This document shows positions 12,942-25,700 of a stretch of DNA of 64,000 nucleotides, in pieces (the first letter of the stretch is position 1; every line of letters starts with the position of its first letter). Made by a program: the position numbers and the translations under genes. Under the pieces are notes generated by a model that was given only the letters and a program-made list of their open reading frames with translations, was not told the origin of the DNA and ran no database searches. This DNA comes from Catajapyx aquilonaris (lineage: Eukaryota), in the NCBI GenBank assembly GCA_000934665.2, contig JYFJ02000777.1, forward strand, positions 1 through 64,000. Direction: 5' to 3'.

Positions 12942-15902
12942 TCATAATTTCGCATGACTGAAAGTGTCAACTAAATCTTTCCACCACTCTGGCCGCTGCA
13001 TTGCTCCATGAGCTTGCATAATTGCCACCTGAAGATTCTTGTACACCTGAAAAATGAAGTACATTACCATAAGCTGCTCTCACATGCACCATCAGCGAAC
13101 ATGCATTCAATATTGAGCATACCTCGCCATTCGAAGCCCCAAGTGCAGAGTTGAGGATGAAGTCTGTGGGTGCCATAACATCAACCAGAGCCACAGCGTC
13201 TGGTTTCAACTGGTCACACAAGAGAATAATTGCTTCTCGAATAACTCCCACTGCTGAAGGGTTGGCTATGTATTGACCATGATATAGATGGGGGAGATGC
13301 TTCTCCAAGCGACACAAACCAAAGAGCAAGAGCATCTTATTCAGGACATTATGTAATGATGGTTGCGATGTCACCTTGCTTGAGCAGCAAAACTCATAGA
13401 AAGTCTTCAGTATGAAGTGCTAGAATTAATCAGGTTCTCTTAGTAACTTAACCAAAACTTTGCAAAATAAAAGATGACCATAAAGGTTATTATGCTGACA
13501 GTAGGTTTGTGAATGGTGACTTTATATGGTAACTCTGCCCTCACTTCCATTGTAACCTTGGTGGAAACATTTATACATTGCAAGAAATCAATGTTTTGAG
13601 GAGAGCCTGACTTATATCATGCAGAGTTGTCAGAGAGAGGGTACATGACATGCCAAAATTTTCCAACTATGGCATATCCTGCAGATCAGCAGAGAAAATT
13701 TTTAAGAGGCAAAATCAGAATAATATCCTTTATGGATGGTCCTACTGTAGTGAACATACCTCAATGTAAGCTATAGATAAATCTCTTGCAAGATACACCT
13801 GTGATGAGTTACGAGCAGAAAACTTCCCTACTTTTTTCTCGGACAATGTTTTCAATTTCTCAGCCGTTGACTTCAGAAGCCAACATAACAACCATTTGTA
13901 GGCTCTCAATAACACTGAAAATCACAATGTGGGTATTGTAAGCCATAAAATAAGCTTATTCATAACTCACCTTTTGCATCCATGACATCTGTGACAGTTG
14001 TAACGTTCCACTTCTCTGTCAGTGTAGAATCAGCATCAGCCATGAATGCTGCAGATCCTAAAGGTGATGCAATATCCCTAAACATTGGGTTAGACCACAG
14101 GAAGAGAAGCCAGTTGCTTGTTTGCTGCAATATAACATTGTTGTCACCTTCAACAGTGACCTGGGAGTCATGCTCATTGCGTAAGTCTCCTAATCCAGCA
14201 GCTGCAAGTAGAAAACAGGCAATATTTTCATTGGCAGCTCTTGACTAGTCATGAACATGTAAGTGCACATGTATTGTGCACTGTAATGGACAAGAGGTAC
14301 TATAGCACCTTTCGAAAATACTCAAGTACTGAGAAGTTCAGCAAATTAATCATAAAATATGGGCATGTGTAGGCTATATCCTATTCCACCACAAAAATTT
14401 TAACAATGCTCATCACCTTTCAAATATCCATGTCCTCCGCATGCTTCACGACTTTCTTGAATGGCATCTCTGGCAGCCCAACCAGCCATTGCCTTTGCGG
14501 CACAAGACACTGCATGGAATTCAGCCCCTTTGGCAGTCTGCAATAGGACATTTTTGATTTCTAAGTAGGAAAGATATTACATAAATTTTTCACCTACAAG
14601 CTCATCTGATTCCTTTTGAAGTGCAAGTGCTGCTAAAAAGTCGCTGTACTTTTTGTCAATGTAACATGCAAAGTAGTACACAGCATAAGAAGTAGCAAGG
14701 TGAGGAAAGAGTCGCCACTGGTGCAGAGGGTACTCAATGATGGCCAATTCCTGACCATCTGCAGTAGTTCCAAACTGTCTTCTCACAGCCGCATAGCGAA
14801 TGGATATTACTAGAGCCTTGAACATGCTGACAGAGCAGAATATAATAATTCCAACTCGTCCACTGGAGAGGTTGCCTAAGGAAGCTCCCAAACGCTTGCT
14901 TGGATCTGTGAATGGACTCACATATTTCCCGTCACGACTAACATCACCAGTTCGGTTCAATAGACTATTCTTGGGTACACGGTACTTGTTAAACATAACG
15001 AATCCATTGTCCAAGCCATTCAAACCCAACTTTGGTCCCAGGTCACCAACTGTGATGCCAGGGTACGGCAGAAGAGATTTTGGATTGCGAATTGGTATTG
15101 CAAAACAGTGTAAGCCATGGCAAACATTATCAGGTGTATACAGTTGGGCAAACACAGCCGCATGAGTTGCAATTTTACCTGCAGAAGAAAGAAATATTTT
15201 TGTGTAAATATGTCTTGTAATATTGTAGGACTTGGGATCTGTGTCTAGGAGAAATCTCAGTTTAGCATACCTAGGTTTCCACTCCAGCATTTTGCAGCCT
15301 CAAAATCTGGTGTATTAAAAATATACTCCTGCGTATTGGGGTCAAAAGTGGCTGTAGTCCTCATTGCCCTGGTGTTGGTTCCGTGGCCGATTTCAGTAAG
15401 ACAAAAACAACCTCCCATGTTGGTAGTGTTGATAAGATTCCATACTTCATCTTGGTCCTTAGTACCTAGCCCTTTGACAGTGTTCAAAAACATTCCTTTG
15501 TACAATCCACTCCTAATCAACAGTGCTGGATCATAGAAGCACAGTGCTTCTCCATATGCTCGGCGCATCCGAACATCAGATGAGATCCTGTTATCTTTCA
15601 AAAAGTCATACTGCAAAAGGTGAAGCATCTGAAGGGTAGTACGGTGGCGCATTTCATCAATAGTCAGGTCCACACCCGGGTGTCCAAATAAAGGATCATT
15701 TTCTATAGTGGTCCATATGTGGTTCTGAAAGTTAGTCAATAACAAGTATAAAAAAAATCTCTATAAAGTAATATGGGTACAGTACCTTAAACTTGAGTAC
15801 ATCTGGCTCATCAAAGAGAAGCTTCATTTTTTTCCAATTAAAAGAAGCATTCCTTCGATAGGCATCCAAAGGGCCACATGGAAGGTTGGGTATTGAGTCC
15901 AT
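12942..15902 (-). CDS. ACOX3: Peroxisomal acyl-CoA oxidase 3, paralogue A
   Basis: Exons 15902-15786, 15724-15271, 15178-14598, 14537-14417, 14201-13971, 13914-13760, 13419-13123 and 13046-12942. Motifs [32 protein letters not shown] and [12 protein letters not shown]-terminal PTS1 -AKL. Confidence 0.93.
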
Positions 15903-16637
15903 TGCTTTCAATATTTAAAAACCAGAAAGCCCACTAAGACTGATATGTTTATACCAGCTATGAAACGCTTTCACTCTTCACGCACTTGCTTGCGGCTTTG
16001 CCTTCAAGGCTGCATAATGTCAGACACTTACAAATGATGTACTTTGAACCTGAAGATGTGATAAAAATTGATAACGAGTAGGCAAGTGCTTGTCCAGTGA
16101 ACTCCCTCTGCTAATTCCAATAAACAGATCTGCCTCCTGTGTTATGAGCAGGTTTTTGCAAGGGCACTTAAAATTAATCTCTGTCCTTCCCAAAGATGAC
16201 CTTGCATTTTTACACAGTTATTCTGAGAGCAACATGCTATTGTATAACTTACCCAAGCAGATATATCAGTATGTCAGGTGCAAGTGTACTGCACATTAGT
16301 TACGTACTCCGGAAACCTTACATTTCTACCTAGTTAACAGTATAGCTTACTCCATAGGTATTAAAGGCTCAACATTTAATATCTCTGGCTGACTCATTCA
16401 GCATGTAGTATACACTCCACATCCAGAATTACATAATGGACCTGTATTTCAGGTAATTATATATAAAAAAACTCAAGGCCAACTAGAAAAACCTCTCTAT
16501 ATATTTTCCAACAGTCTGATAGTAACAAGTTTCATTATAAAATCATCAACAAGTATCATATAAAAATAATTGGCAGAGCCCGGACCCCCATATTTGCAAA
16601 TATGTACTAGCGCACTGGATGAATAACTGGAACCACA

Positions 16638-19600
16638 TCATAATTTGGCTTGGGTGAACGTATCAACCAAGTCTCGCCACCAATGGGGTCTTTCCATAGC
16701 ACCAGGAGCTTGCATTATTGCCACTTGAAGATTTTTATACACCTGGAAGCAATTACAAAATTTAAATGAGAAAGGACTGTTCGGATAGAAAGAGTCAGTA
16801 ATACAGGCCAATATAATACCATCCAGCCAAAAAAGATCACACCTAATACACTGCAATAAAGTTGACATCATTGCTTGAGACATTTGTTCATGGCCACTTA
16901 ATTCACTATTTTGGCTTATGCACAATTTAAAGGCAGAAACAAGTTGCTAATAATTTTAAAGATACATAGTATATGCAGCAGTTTGAGTTCACACTAGAGT
17001 GTCTCAGAAAGCAGATTCAGCGACCTAAGAAGTACCTTTCATACATACTCACCTCCCCATTGGAAGCTCCAAGAGCTGAGTTAAGGATAAAATCCGGAGG
17101 TGCCAAAACATCAACCAGTGCCACTGCGTCTGGTTTAATCTTTGCACACAAGATGAGGATGGCTTCTCGAACTAGGCTGACAGCTGATGGGTCTTGTGCA
17201 TATCCACCTTGGTATAAGTGAGGAAGGTGCTTCTCCAAGCGACAAAGGGCAAACAACATCAGAAGATTGTTCAGGACATTTGCCAGTGGGGGCTCTGATA
17301 TAACCTTTTCTGAGCCGCAGAAATCATAAAAAGTGTTCAGAAGAAAGTGCTGTAATTGGAAGAGTATTGCATGATTAAATGGAAAGCTGTAATAATTCAA
17401 GTGTGCAAAAAAAGTATACATCATTTGAGTGATAATAATCATTCACACACTCACACACCTCTAAGTATGCTATAGATAGATCTCTGCAATAGTAGACTTG
17501 CGACTCATTACGAACAGTAAATGAGTCTTTTCCCCCTGAGGAGAGGGTCTTCATTTTCTCTGCTGATGTTTTCAAGAGCCAACACAAAAGCCATCTGTAT
17601 GCTTTCAATACAACTGCAAATTAAAAGTTTGACATTAATATGACACCTTTATGCCACCACCTTCTACTTAACCTTGAATATCCAAGTCATTAATATTCCT
17701 AACATCCCATTTCTCTCTGAGAATATAATGTGCATCCATCATGAAATTAGCTGAGCCAAGAGGTGATGGAGTCCTTCGCAATGTTGGGCTGTTCCAACGA
17801 GTCAGCAGCCAATTGCTTGTTTGTTGCAGTATAACATTGTTATCTCCCTCATATGTAACATTAGCATCATGGTCATTGCGCAAGTCTCCTAAACCAGCAG
17901 CTGTTGGACAATAGAACATGTCACAATAAACACCATGTCCTTTTGCACAGTGGACAATATACCTTTCAGATATCCATGACCTCCACAAGCCTCTCGACTC
18001 TCTTGAATAGCATCTCGAGCAGCCCAGCCTGCCAGAGATTTTCCAGCACAAGACAGAGCATGGAATTCAGGGCCTTTAGCCGCCTGCAAAACCATATTCA
18101 CACAAATTAGCAGGGAAGGGCACTGATCATTGCATAAAATCTTAATTTCTCTCATTATGGCTGCGATGTCAGTTAACGAATTCATTAATTTCTCTACCAA
18201 CATACTGTATCACTCACTTAAAATTTTTAATGATGCATTGACACTTATAAAAATCATTCAAAATTAATACGCTACTTACAAGGACATCCTCTGGTTCACT
18301 TCCAACCAATTTGGAAATGTAAAACACAATGTACTCCTCATGTATGTAATGAGCAAAACAATAGAAAACGTAGCAGGCTGCCAAATGTGGGAAGAGTCGC
18401 CACTGGTGCATTGGGTACTCCACAATGGCCACTTCTTGGCCATCTGGAGTGCTTCCAAACTGTCGACGCACTGCTGAGTAACGTACAGAAATCACCATAG
18501 CTTTGGTCATGTTAGTGGAGCATTGCATGATAATTCCAATTCGCCCAGTGGACAAGTTGCCCAAGGAAGCTCCTAGGCGCTTGTTTGGATCCTTGTAGGG
18601 ACTCAGGTACTTCCCATCAGGACTAACATCACCAGTGCGGTTTAAGAGACTGGTCTTTGGGACACGGTATTGGTTAAACATGATAAAGCCATTATCCAGT
18701 CCATTTAGACCCAATTTAGGGCCTAGGTCACCAACAGTGATCCCTGGATGAGGTAGTAGAGTTTTTGGATCACGGATTTCGATCACAAAGCAGTGCAGCC
18801 CATGACAGACCTCATCTGGAGTGTACAGCTGAGCAAACACAACTGCATGAGTTGCTATTTTACCTATAAAAGATTCAGTAAGGAATGTCTAATGGGTGTA
18901 ACAGAAGTAGGCCTACAGTATTAAGCTAATTAAAAATCTTCATGCCAGTAATTATGGAGATGACATATCAAATCACAATCTTGTCAGAATTTGCTAATAA
19001 AATACTGGGGCAGCTTCACAAATTGAGTATATCCTGGTTTACAGTGTGAGGTTACTTAGATAATTTGTGTAGGTCAGTCATTCCAAATTTTGCCTTCAGA
19101 TAGTTTAATACGGAATCCAATTTTTAAAATACATGCCAGTTACATACCCAGGTTTCCACACCAACATTTAGCAGCTTCGAAGTCTGGAGTATGGAAGACA
19201 AATTCCTGTGTCTTTGGATCAAATGTAGCCCTGGTCCTCATTGCTCTAGTGTTTGTCCCATGAGAAATCTCCGTCAGGCAGAAGCATCCTCCCATGGTGG
19301 TAGAACCGATTAGTTCTCTAACTTGATCATGATTCTTGGTGCCCATTGCTTCTACAGTGCGAAGAAAGACATCCTTGTACAGCCCCTTCTTGATTAGCAG
19401 GGCTGTGTCATAAAATCCCATGGAAACAGAATAGGCTCGATGCTTCCTCAAGTCAGTGTACACATTTTCTTCCTTCAGAATGTCAAAGTCCAACAGGTGC
19501 AACATCTGTAGTGTGTGGCGATGCCGCATTTCATCAATGCTTAGGTCTTTATTTGGATGCCCGAACACTGGGTCGTCTTCTAACTTCCTCCAAACTTCAT

Positions 19601-19794
19601 ACTGCCAAGTAAAATAAAATACATTATCTGCTCATAAAATTTGTATTTAGAAAATAATTGAGAACATCCTTTTCAACCTTAAACTCAATAATGTCTGGAT
19701 CATCCAAGAGAAGCTTCATTTTCTTCCAGTTGAATGAAGCCTGCTTTCTGTAAACATCCAGAGGGCCACGAGGAAGATCTGGTATCAACTCCAT
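16638..19794 (-). CDS. ACOX3: Peroxisomal acyl-CoA oxidase 3, paralogue B
   Basis: Exons approximately 19794-19678, 19601-19148, 18863-18280, 18083-17963, 17900-17673, 17613-17459, 17349-17053 and 16742-16638, with the same intron positions as paralogue A. Carries [13 protein letters not shown] and PTS1 -AKL. Confidence 0.93.
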
Positions 19795-20825
19795 AGTGTT
19801 TCAGCTAAGTCATAAATGAAATGTAACTATCAAACGCTCATAATATTATTGCTTAAAAACCAAATGAGCACAACTTACTTGTGATTAGTCACTGGGAGAG
19901 TGAGAAGATGGCCTTGCACACTTCAAGCAATGATGACTGCAACTTGAGGCATGAAAGCAAGTGCAAGTGTTTTGAAGTCGAACTCTTGCGCCTGAGAACA
20001 AAAGATTTCCCAATCATAAGTCTGCTATCTCTTCTCACATACCGCAAAAAAAGGAGATGTGATCTTTACAGCTTGCAGGGTCATTGGATAAGCCGCATGC
20101 CCTACATTCTCTCGATAAAGCTATTGCAGCACCACTGCTTATCCCCTCATGACACTCTTGGGTGAACTCTGTGCAAAACTGCACATGTTATTTTGAGTCA
20201 CATGATTTCAGTTTGACATGTTAGTGTGAGCAGCGTATGATGCAAGTCACATCCTGTATTATTACACAGCAGTGGACAAATTTCATGCAGTTGACAACTT
20301 CTTACTATTCTCACTGCTTAATCAATACATTTGCTTAAATTCCATACGTTTACACCAATACTGCCTATATGTAACCTTTTCATCTACCGTCACTTGCAAC
20401 TAGGTCCTGCGAAACTTCTGCTGAAAGACTACACGTATAACACCAACTGTTAGGTACCTGTGACATTACATCCTACGTTGCTGTAAAACGTAATAAGGTA
20501 TTGTACCTTGCCGTCTGCTCAAGTGACGAGACCGATGGCTGCAGCCAGTGTGACATTACATGCTTTTCAGCAAGGAATGGTTTTTTCTGGACCCCTACTT
20601 TCTTGCGAAACTGGCTGTAATAACTGTACAATCAAGCCGCATGATACGGAAAAGCAGGCAATTGCGTGTAAGGGTGCAAAAAATGGGGATGAAGAGAGAG
20701 CATAATTCCACTGCAGCTACACCACGGACGAAAAGGCTACACAGTCCAGTTAGTTACATGATCTGAACGAGGCCATTGGTGACGATGGTATCGACTGGGC
20801 ACGCTACCGGGATCGTTTGGAGGTC

Positions 20826-20853
20826 CAACATGGCCGACTTTTCGTGGCGGGAA
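20826..20853 (+). promoter_or_regulatory. YY1-like (CAACATGGC) and E2F-like (TGGCGGGAA) motifs in the divergent ACOX3-B/GINS2 promoter
   Basis: Both motifs lie about 105-130 nt upstream of the Psf2 ATG in a CpG-rich patch. E2F control of replication genes is well established. Confidence 0.45.
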
Positions 20854-20957
20854 CAGGGAGTGCGGCCGTTGTCTTTTGTGACGAGGACCACTTCTAGCTG
20901 CCTGGCCTGTGCAGCATGCTGCTGTGTCCTGACCTGGTTGGTTGGTGAGGGAGTCAG

Positions 20958-21994
20958 ATGGACTCGGCGGAAGTGGAGTTCCTGGCCGAGGATGACACCA
21001 TCCAGATTGTGCCCAACTTCAACAGCGTACCTGCACCACTCATCGCAGGGGAGGTGGGGCCCTTCAGGGCTGGGATGCCCATCGAGGTCAGTCTCAGGTC
21101 ATCAGGTGGCCTCGGTTCCACGCTGCGTAACTAATTCAGTAGCAGGTCACATGAACCACTAGGAAGATTGAAACTGGGAAGCAAACATGCGGCATCGTCA
21201 CACTACAGATTAATGTGCCGCTGATTGTGAATTTTTATCCGTTGAAACAGACATGTCAGAAATGTATGTCAGATGCATAATATTGATTTGTTGATTTCTG
21301 TATTCATCAATTAAATGACCACTGAAACAAAATGATCCCAACAAATGTTGAGGGTGGCATCTTCTATGTGAGGTAACACTATTTAAACTGGGTTAATTTT
21401 ATTTATGTTGTTTAGATCCCCCTTTGGCTGGCCAGGACACTCCACCAACGCCATAAGTGTCGAATCCTCCCTCCTGACTGGCTGGATGTGGATAAGTTGG
21501 AGGCTCTGAAGGAGGAAGAGAGTCAATCACAGTTTTTTACACCAATGCCCCATCCACATTTCATGATTGTGGCCCAGATGGTTGTGTCTGCACTCAAAGA
21601 GGAGTTGCCAAGGCTTGACGAGATTAAAACTGTCCTTAAGGTGAAATTCCTGCCATATTATTTTTTTAAATTAATTTATGGTTAGTAACAGATTTGTGTC
21701 TTAAAAACTGAACTTAATTGTTTTCAGGATATTTGGGACATACGTCAAGCAAAGTTGCGATCCTCTATTGATGCTTTTGTGAAGAGCGAGGGTACTCACG
21801 CTCAGTTAAATCATCTAACCCTTCTGGAAATTAACACAGTGAGACCTTTCCTGCCTCATGCACTGGATCAACTGCATCGATTGCGAAAGGTGAGGAAAAC
21901 TTTTAATGCAGTTTTAATGTCGATCTTATCTTCACTTTCAATTTTATTTTAGGGGTCCCATGGGGGAGGTGCTGCTGGATCACAACAACATTGA
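20958..21994 (+). CDS. GINS2: DNA replication complex GINS subunit Psf2
   Basis: Exons 20958-21086, 21416-21640, 21728-21889 and 21953-21994 give 185 aa. Motifs MDSAEVEFLAE, GPFRAGMPIEIPLWLA, DIWDIRQAKLRSS and LNHLTLLEINTVRPFL. Confidence 0.96.
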
Positions 21995-22722
21995 CGCACT
22001 TATGGAATTGGACCACTTTGGTACATTTATTTCACTAAACATATGCATTCCATGTTATATTTTTACATAAGCACACCCTATTGCTGTACAAAACCTGGCA
22101 ACCAACCTAATACAGCGTTGGATAACTTCATCAGATGTATTCATTTTCTAGATCTGAACCGAATTGCATGTGGCTTGTACAGGACAAGCCTGTCACCTCA
22201 CCTTTTGAGCTTCCCTATTACAGGAGCCAATAACCACGCAGATTCCTTCCCTAAAACACCAGCTACTCAAAATATGCTACACATCACTTTGGCTCGTCTA
22301 GCTTGTGGTTGGCTTCGTATATTGCAACGGGGCCTATGCAGGTACAGGTGGAGCAGGAAAATTTTAACACACAAAGTACACACAGACACTACATCTACAC
22401 AACAGTTGGGAGATAAAATATATATCATTTACATGACTTTTTTTTTGACACTTTCCAACATGTACTGCAAAGTTCTTGTAGGAAATGGTAGAGATTGGCG
22501 TGTTTGTTGCATTAAAGTCGTTTGATTTCATGTTAGAGGACAAGATCTATTTGTTATGAGATATATGGCTATGTACTTTACTTACAAATGAGATTGTAGT
22601 GTTTGCTGATTTTCAAAAAATATACCTGTACTCTTTGCTGGCAAATTTTCATTAATTTACATTTACTCTTGCAATGGTAACTATTTACCACCTTCATGGT
22701 TTCAGAGTAATTAGTCACGGTA

Positions 22723-25700
22723 TTAGACTGCCACAATTTTGCTAGGATCAACCCTGACTCGTAGGTATATTGTATCATCCTTGACATAGTGCCGACGTGC
22801 AAGGTTTTCGTGAGACACAAATTTGGGGAACCCAAATCCAAGGGAATCCGGCTCCTTGCTAGGTCTCTGGAAGTTCTTCCAGGTAGGATCAGGCACGAAG
22901 CTCTCTACAATGTGGCAGGCCTTCTCTTGATTGGCTGTCTGGTCATACAGGGTGAATGAGACAGTGTGAGAAAATGGCCACTTCAGAAGTGCATCCCACT
23001 CTCCAGGAAGGATCTTGATATAGATTGACATATGTGTAGCCTCTCCAGCCCCATTCCCATTCAGGAAGAGTGATGCCTGCAGCTTGTATCCATAGTGACT
23101 AGTGTGGAAGGCTGGACTAATCAGCTCAAGACCCTCCTTAACTTTGGCTTCCTTCAGATTTGATGCGTAATCAGTAATCTTCCACAGCAGAGTTCCTACA
23201 ACATAAAGAATGAACTAAAGAATATTGTTTCAAGTACTTTTTGGATCTGATGCTGCCATGATATTTTAGCCAACTTTCCATTTTACATTTTTAGTTGCCT
23301 CAATTGGCACCAAAAGTGCAGTAAATGCACAATAAATTGAGGAAAAAAGCGATATTTACCTGTGTGATTGGCAGTGGCCCTGGAGAGTGCTGATCGCAGC
23401 CCTTCAATTTGCTTCTGCTGCCTAGAGGCTAATGATGCCAGTAGTAGCATATGGTGACGCACCCCTTCTTCTTGGTGGTTCTCCACTGAGGTCCGAGGTC
23501 CTCTGTATCGGCATCCTGCATCTTTGAAAGGGCATGGTGCCAAAAGAGCAGTGCAGTCTTCTCTCAAATGCAGTTCCAGTTCTTCACGGGCTATCACGGC
23601 CTTATCGCAGTGATGAGGACAGGCTACAGGAAATCTCCCGCATTTTCCAACATGCGCCTGCAAAATGACATTGTGAATAGGTAGCCCATTTACATTTTTA
23701 GCGACGGTCTGAGCAATGTTACCTGCATGGTGTCAGCCACAAAGTCCTTTGTGCAGTAACGGCAAGGCACAAGTCGTTTGGTGCATTCATTTGCCTTGTG
23801 TTGAAGCAGAAGACGCCGGGCCACTTTTTGCCCACATTTGTTTTCACAATGAACAGGCTCTAAAGCACATGATCCACTGTGATTCTGGGAAAGAAAATCA
23901 GTTTATTGTACTACCATGTTGTCCATTCTGCTGTCCCAAGGAGAAACACCCTATCTCCAAAACTACAGTAGTAAGGGTGAAAGTCGCATGCATGCCCTGC
24001 ACAAATCCATCCTGATTCAAGGGGGATTAGTGCAGGGCATGCACGCGACCTTCACCCTTACTAGTTTTGGAGATAGGGTGTTTCTCCTTGGGACAACCAA
24101 TAAAGTCTGGATATATTTAAGTGTTCACATTTTTTCTTCAAGTACGGTACATAAAACTTCCAAGCCTCAATTTGTAAACTGTTAATGAAGTGTACTGACC
24201 TCCAAAGCCTGCCCTGTAAATTGGTGTCCACAGAATTCGCAAGCAGCTGCTCTTTCAGGGCAGGTGAAGCGCAGGTGGTCCTCCATAAGCAGACGAGGAA
24301 TGAAGGACCCACATCGCCTCGGGCACGGGGTCGCATCGTGTCGGCACGTGTTTAGATGACCCTACACAAGTCAAGGGGGTCATTACAAGATCACACTACA
24401 CCACAATCTGTAACTTACCTTCAACTTCCTCAGTTCCCCACTCCATTTGCAACCATCCTTATGGTGGACACAGAACACCATCGAAGACATGATGACCTTC
24501 TCTGCTTCAGGGTCTGGGCAGATCTGAGGAATGGATAGATTGTCAAGATCAAAGGTCCCTCACCATCTGGAGTAGGGGGGTTGACAATGGAAGCTTTGCC
24601 CTAGCTCTCTGAATACTTTCGGTGGCTGGTCCCCCTACCAAGTTTCCTCTTTTTTTGGGCTACTTCTAGGGTCCCCCCCTGGTGCATCTGGCTTTGCTTA
24701 CTTTTGGTTCACGTGCCCCTCTTTCCAAACCAACTGACGTGTCTTCACGAGTCTGGATTACACCAAAAATGCCCCTTTTTTTTCATGAGGTCATGAACTG
24801 CACGATAAGACCGGGCCTGTTTTCCTATCCAATTAGCGCGTGTTAGTCATCCGTGAATCCCTTTAGCCCCTTTTATTCCATTGACACTATGGTGCACCAG
24901 CAATGTCCGTGACATTAATGCAATGAGACAATTAACAATTTCGAGCAAAAAGATGTCCCGGACGAGCTAGAGTTGACGAGTTCATCGCATCTTCCAGTGC
25001 GCTAATGTAGCTAATAATTGGCTTTATATTATTGTGTAATATTAATTAAAATGCTAAAATTTTCATGCTTTTTATAAAATTTTAAAATATGTAAAATTTA
25101 CACAAAACTCGTCCCCCCCCCCNCCCAAAGTACAAGAAACGTCAATTATAACCCCTACTACTTTTTTATACCCAGTTCACATCTGCTGATTTCCTTTATA
25201 CGAACTCCCGATTCTTGAACCCCCCCGAATTGATTTGGGAACTCACCAGGTGAGCCCCGGCCATTCTTTTGTTCGCGTGCCGCGGTGTTCGCCAGCTGTC
25301 GGGGTTGTCCGCAATATTTCTTGCCATGAAAACACCCTTAAGAGGCCGCGTGTGCCATGTCATTCCCTTGTCACTTTCTCTTATCTGTTTCCGCTGCCAC
25401 CCCCAAAATGTGCTTCCGGCGACGGACCGGATGGGCCGTCTTCACTAGTAATTCGTGGTCTTAACACATATGCGTTCTTACCTGTGCGTAGTCCACAGCC
25501 AGTCCATCTTCCGGGCAGGTGAAGATGCCCTCACTGCAATGAAAGAAAAAAAAAATTTTGTTTCATATCCATGTAGTGGGAAAAGAATTCGTAATTGCCC
25601 TATGGGACCCGCATGCAGAAGGACATCAAGGCTCCCCATCTACCCCTAGATGACCCCCCATTTGCTCATGGGAAAAGCCAGGTAGCGTCTGTGAGGAGAG

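Noticed and set aside
24524..24566. Extended TRAF4 exon or 3-nt microexon (ccag-ATG-gtgag)
   Set aside because: The extension has an in-frame TGA, and the microexon would leave a 40-nt intron, shorter than any other here.
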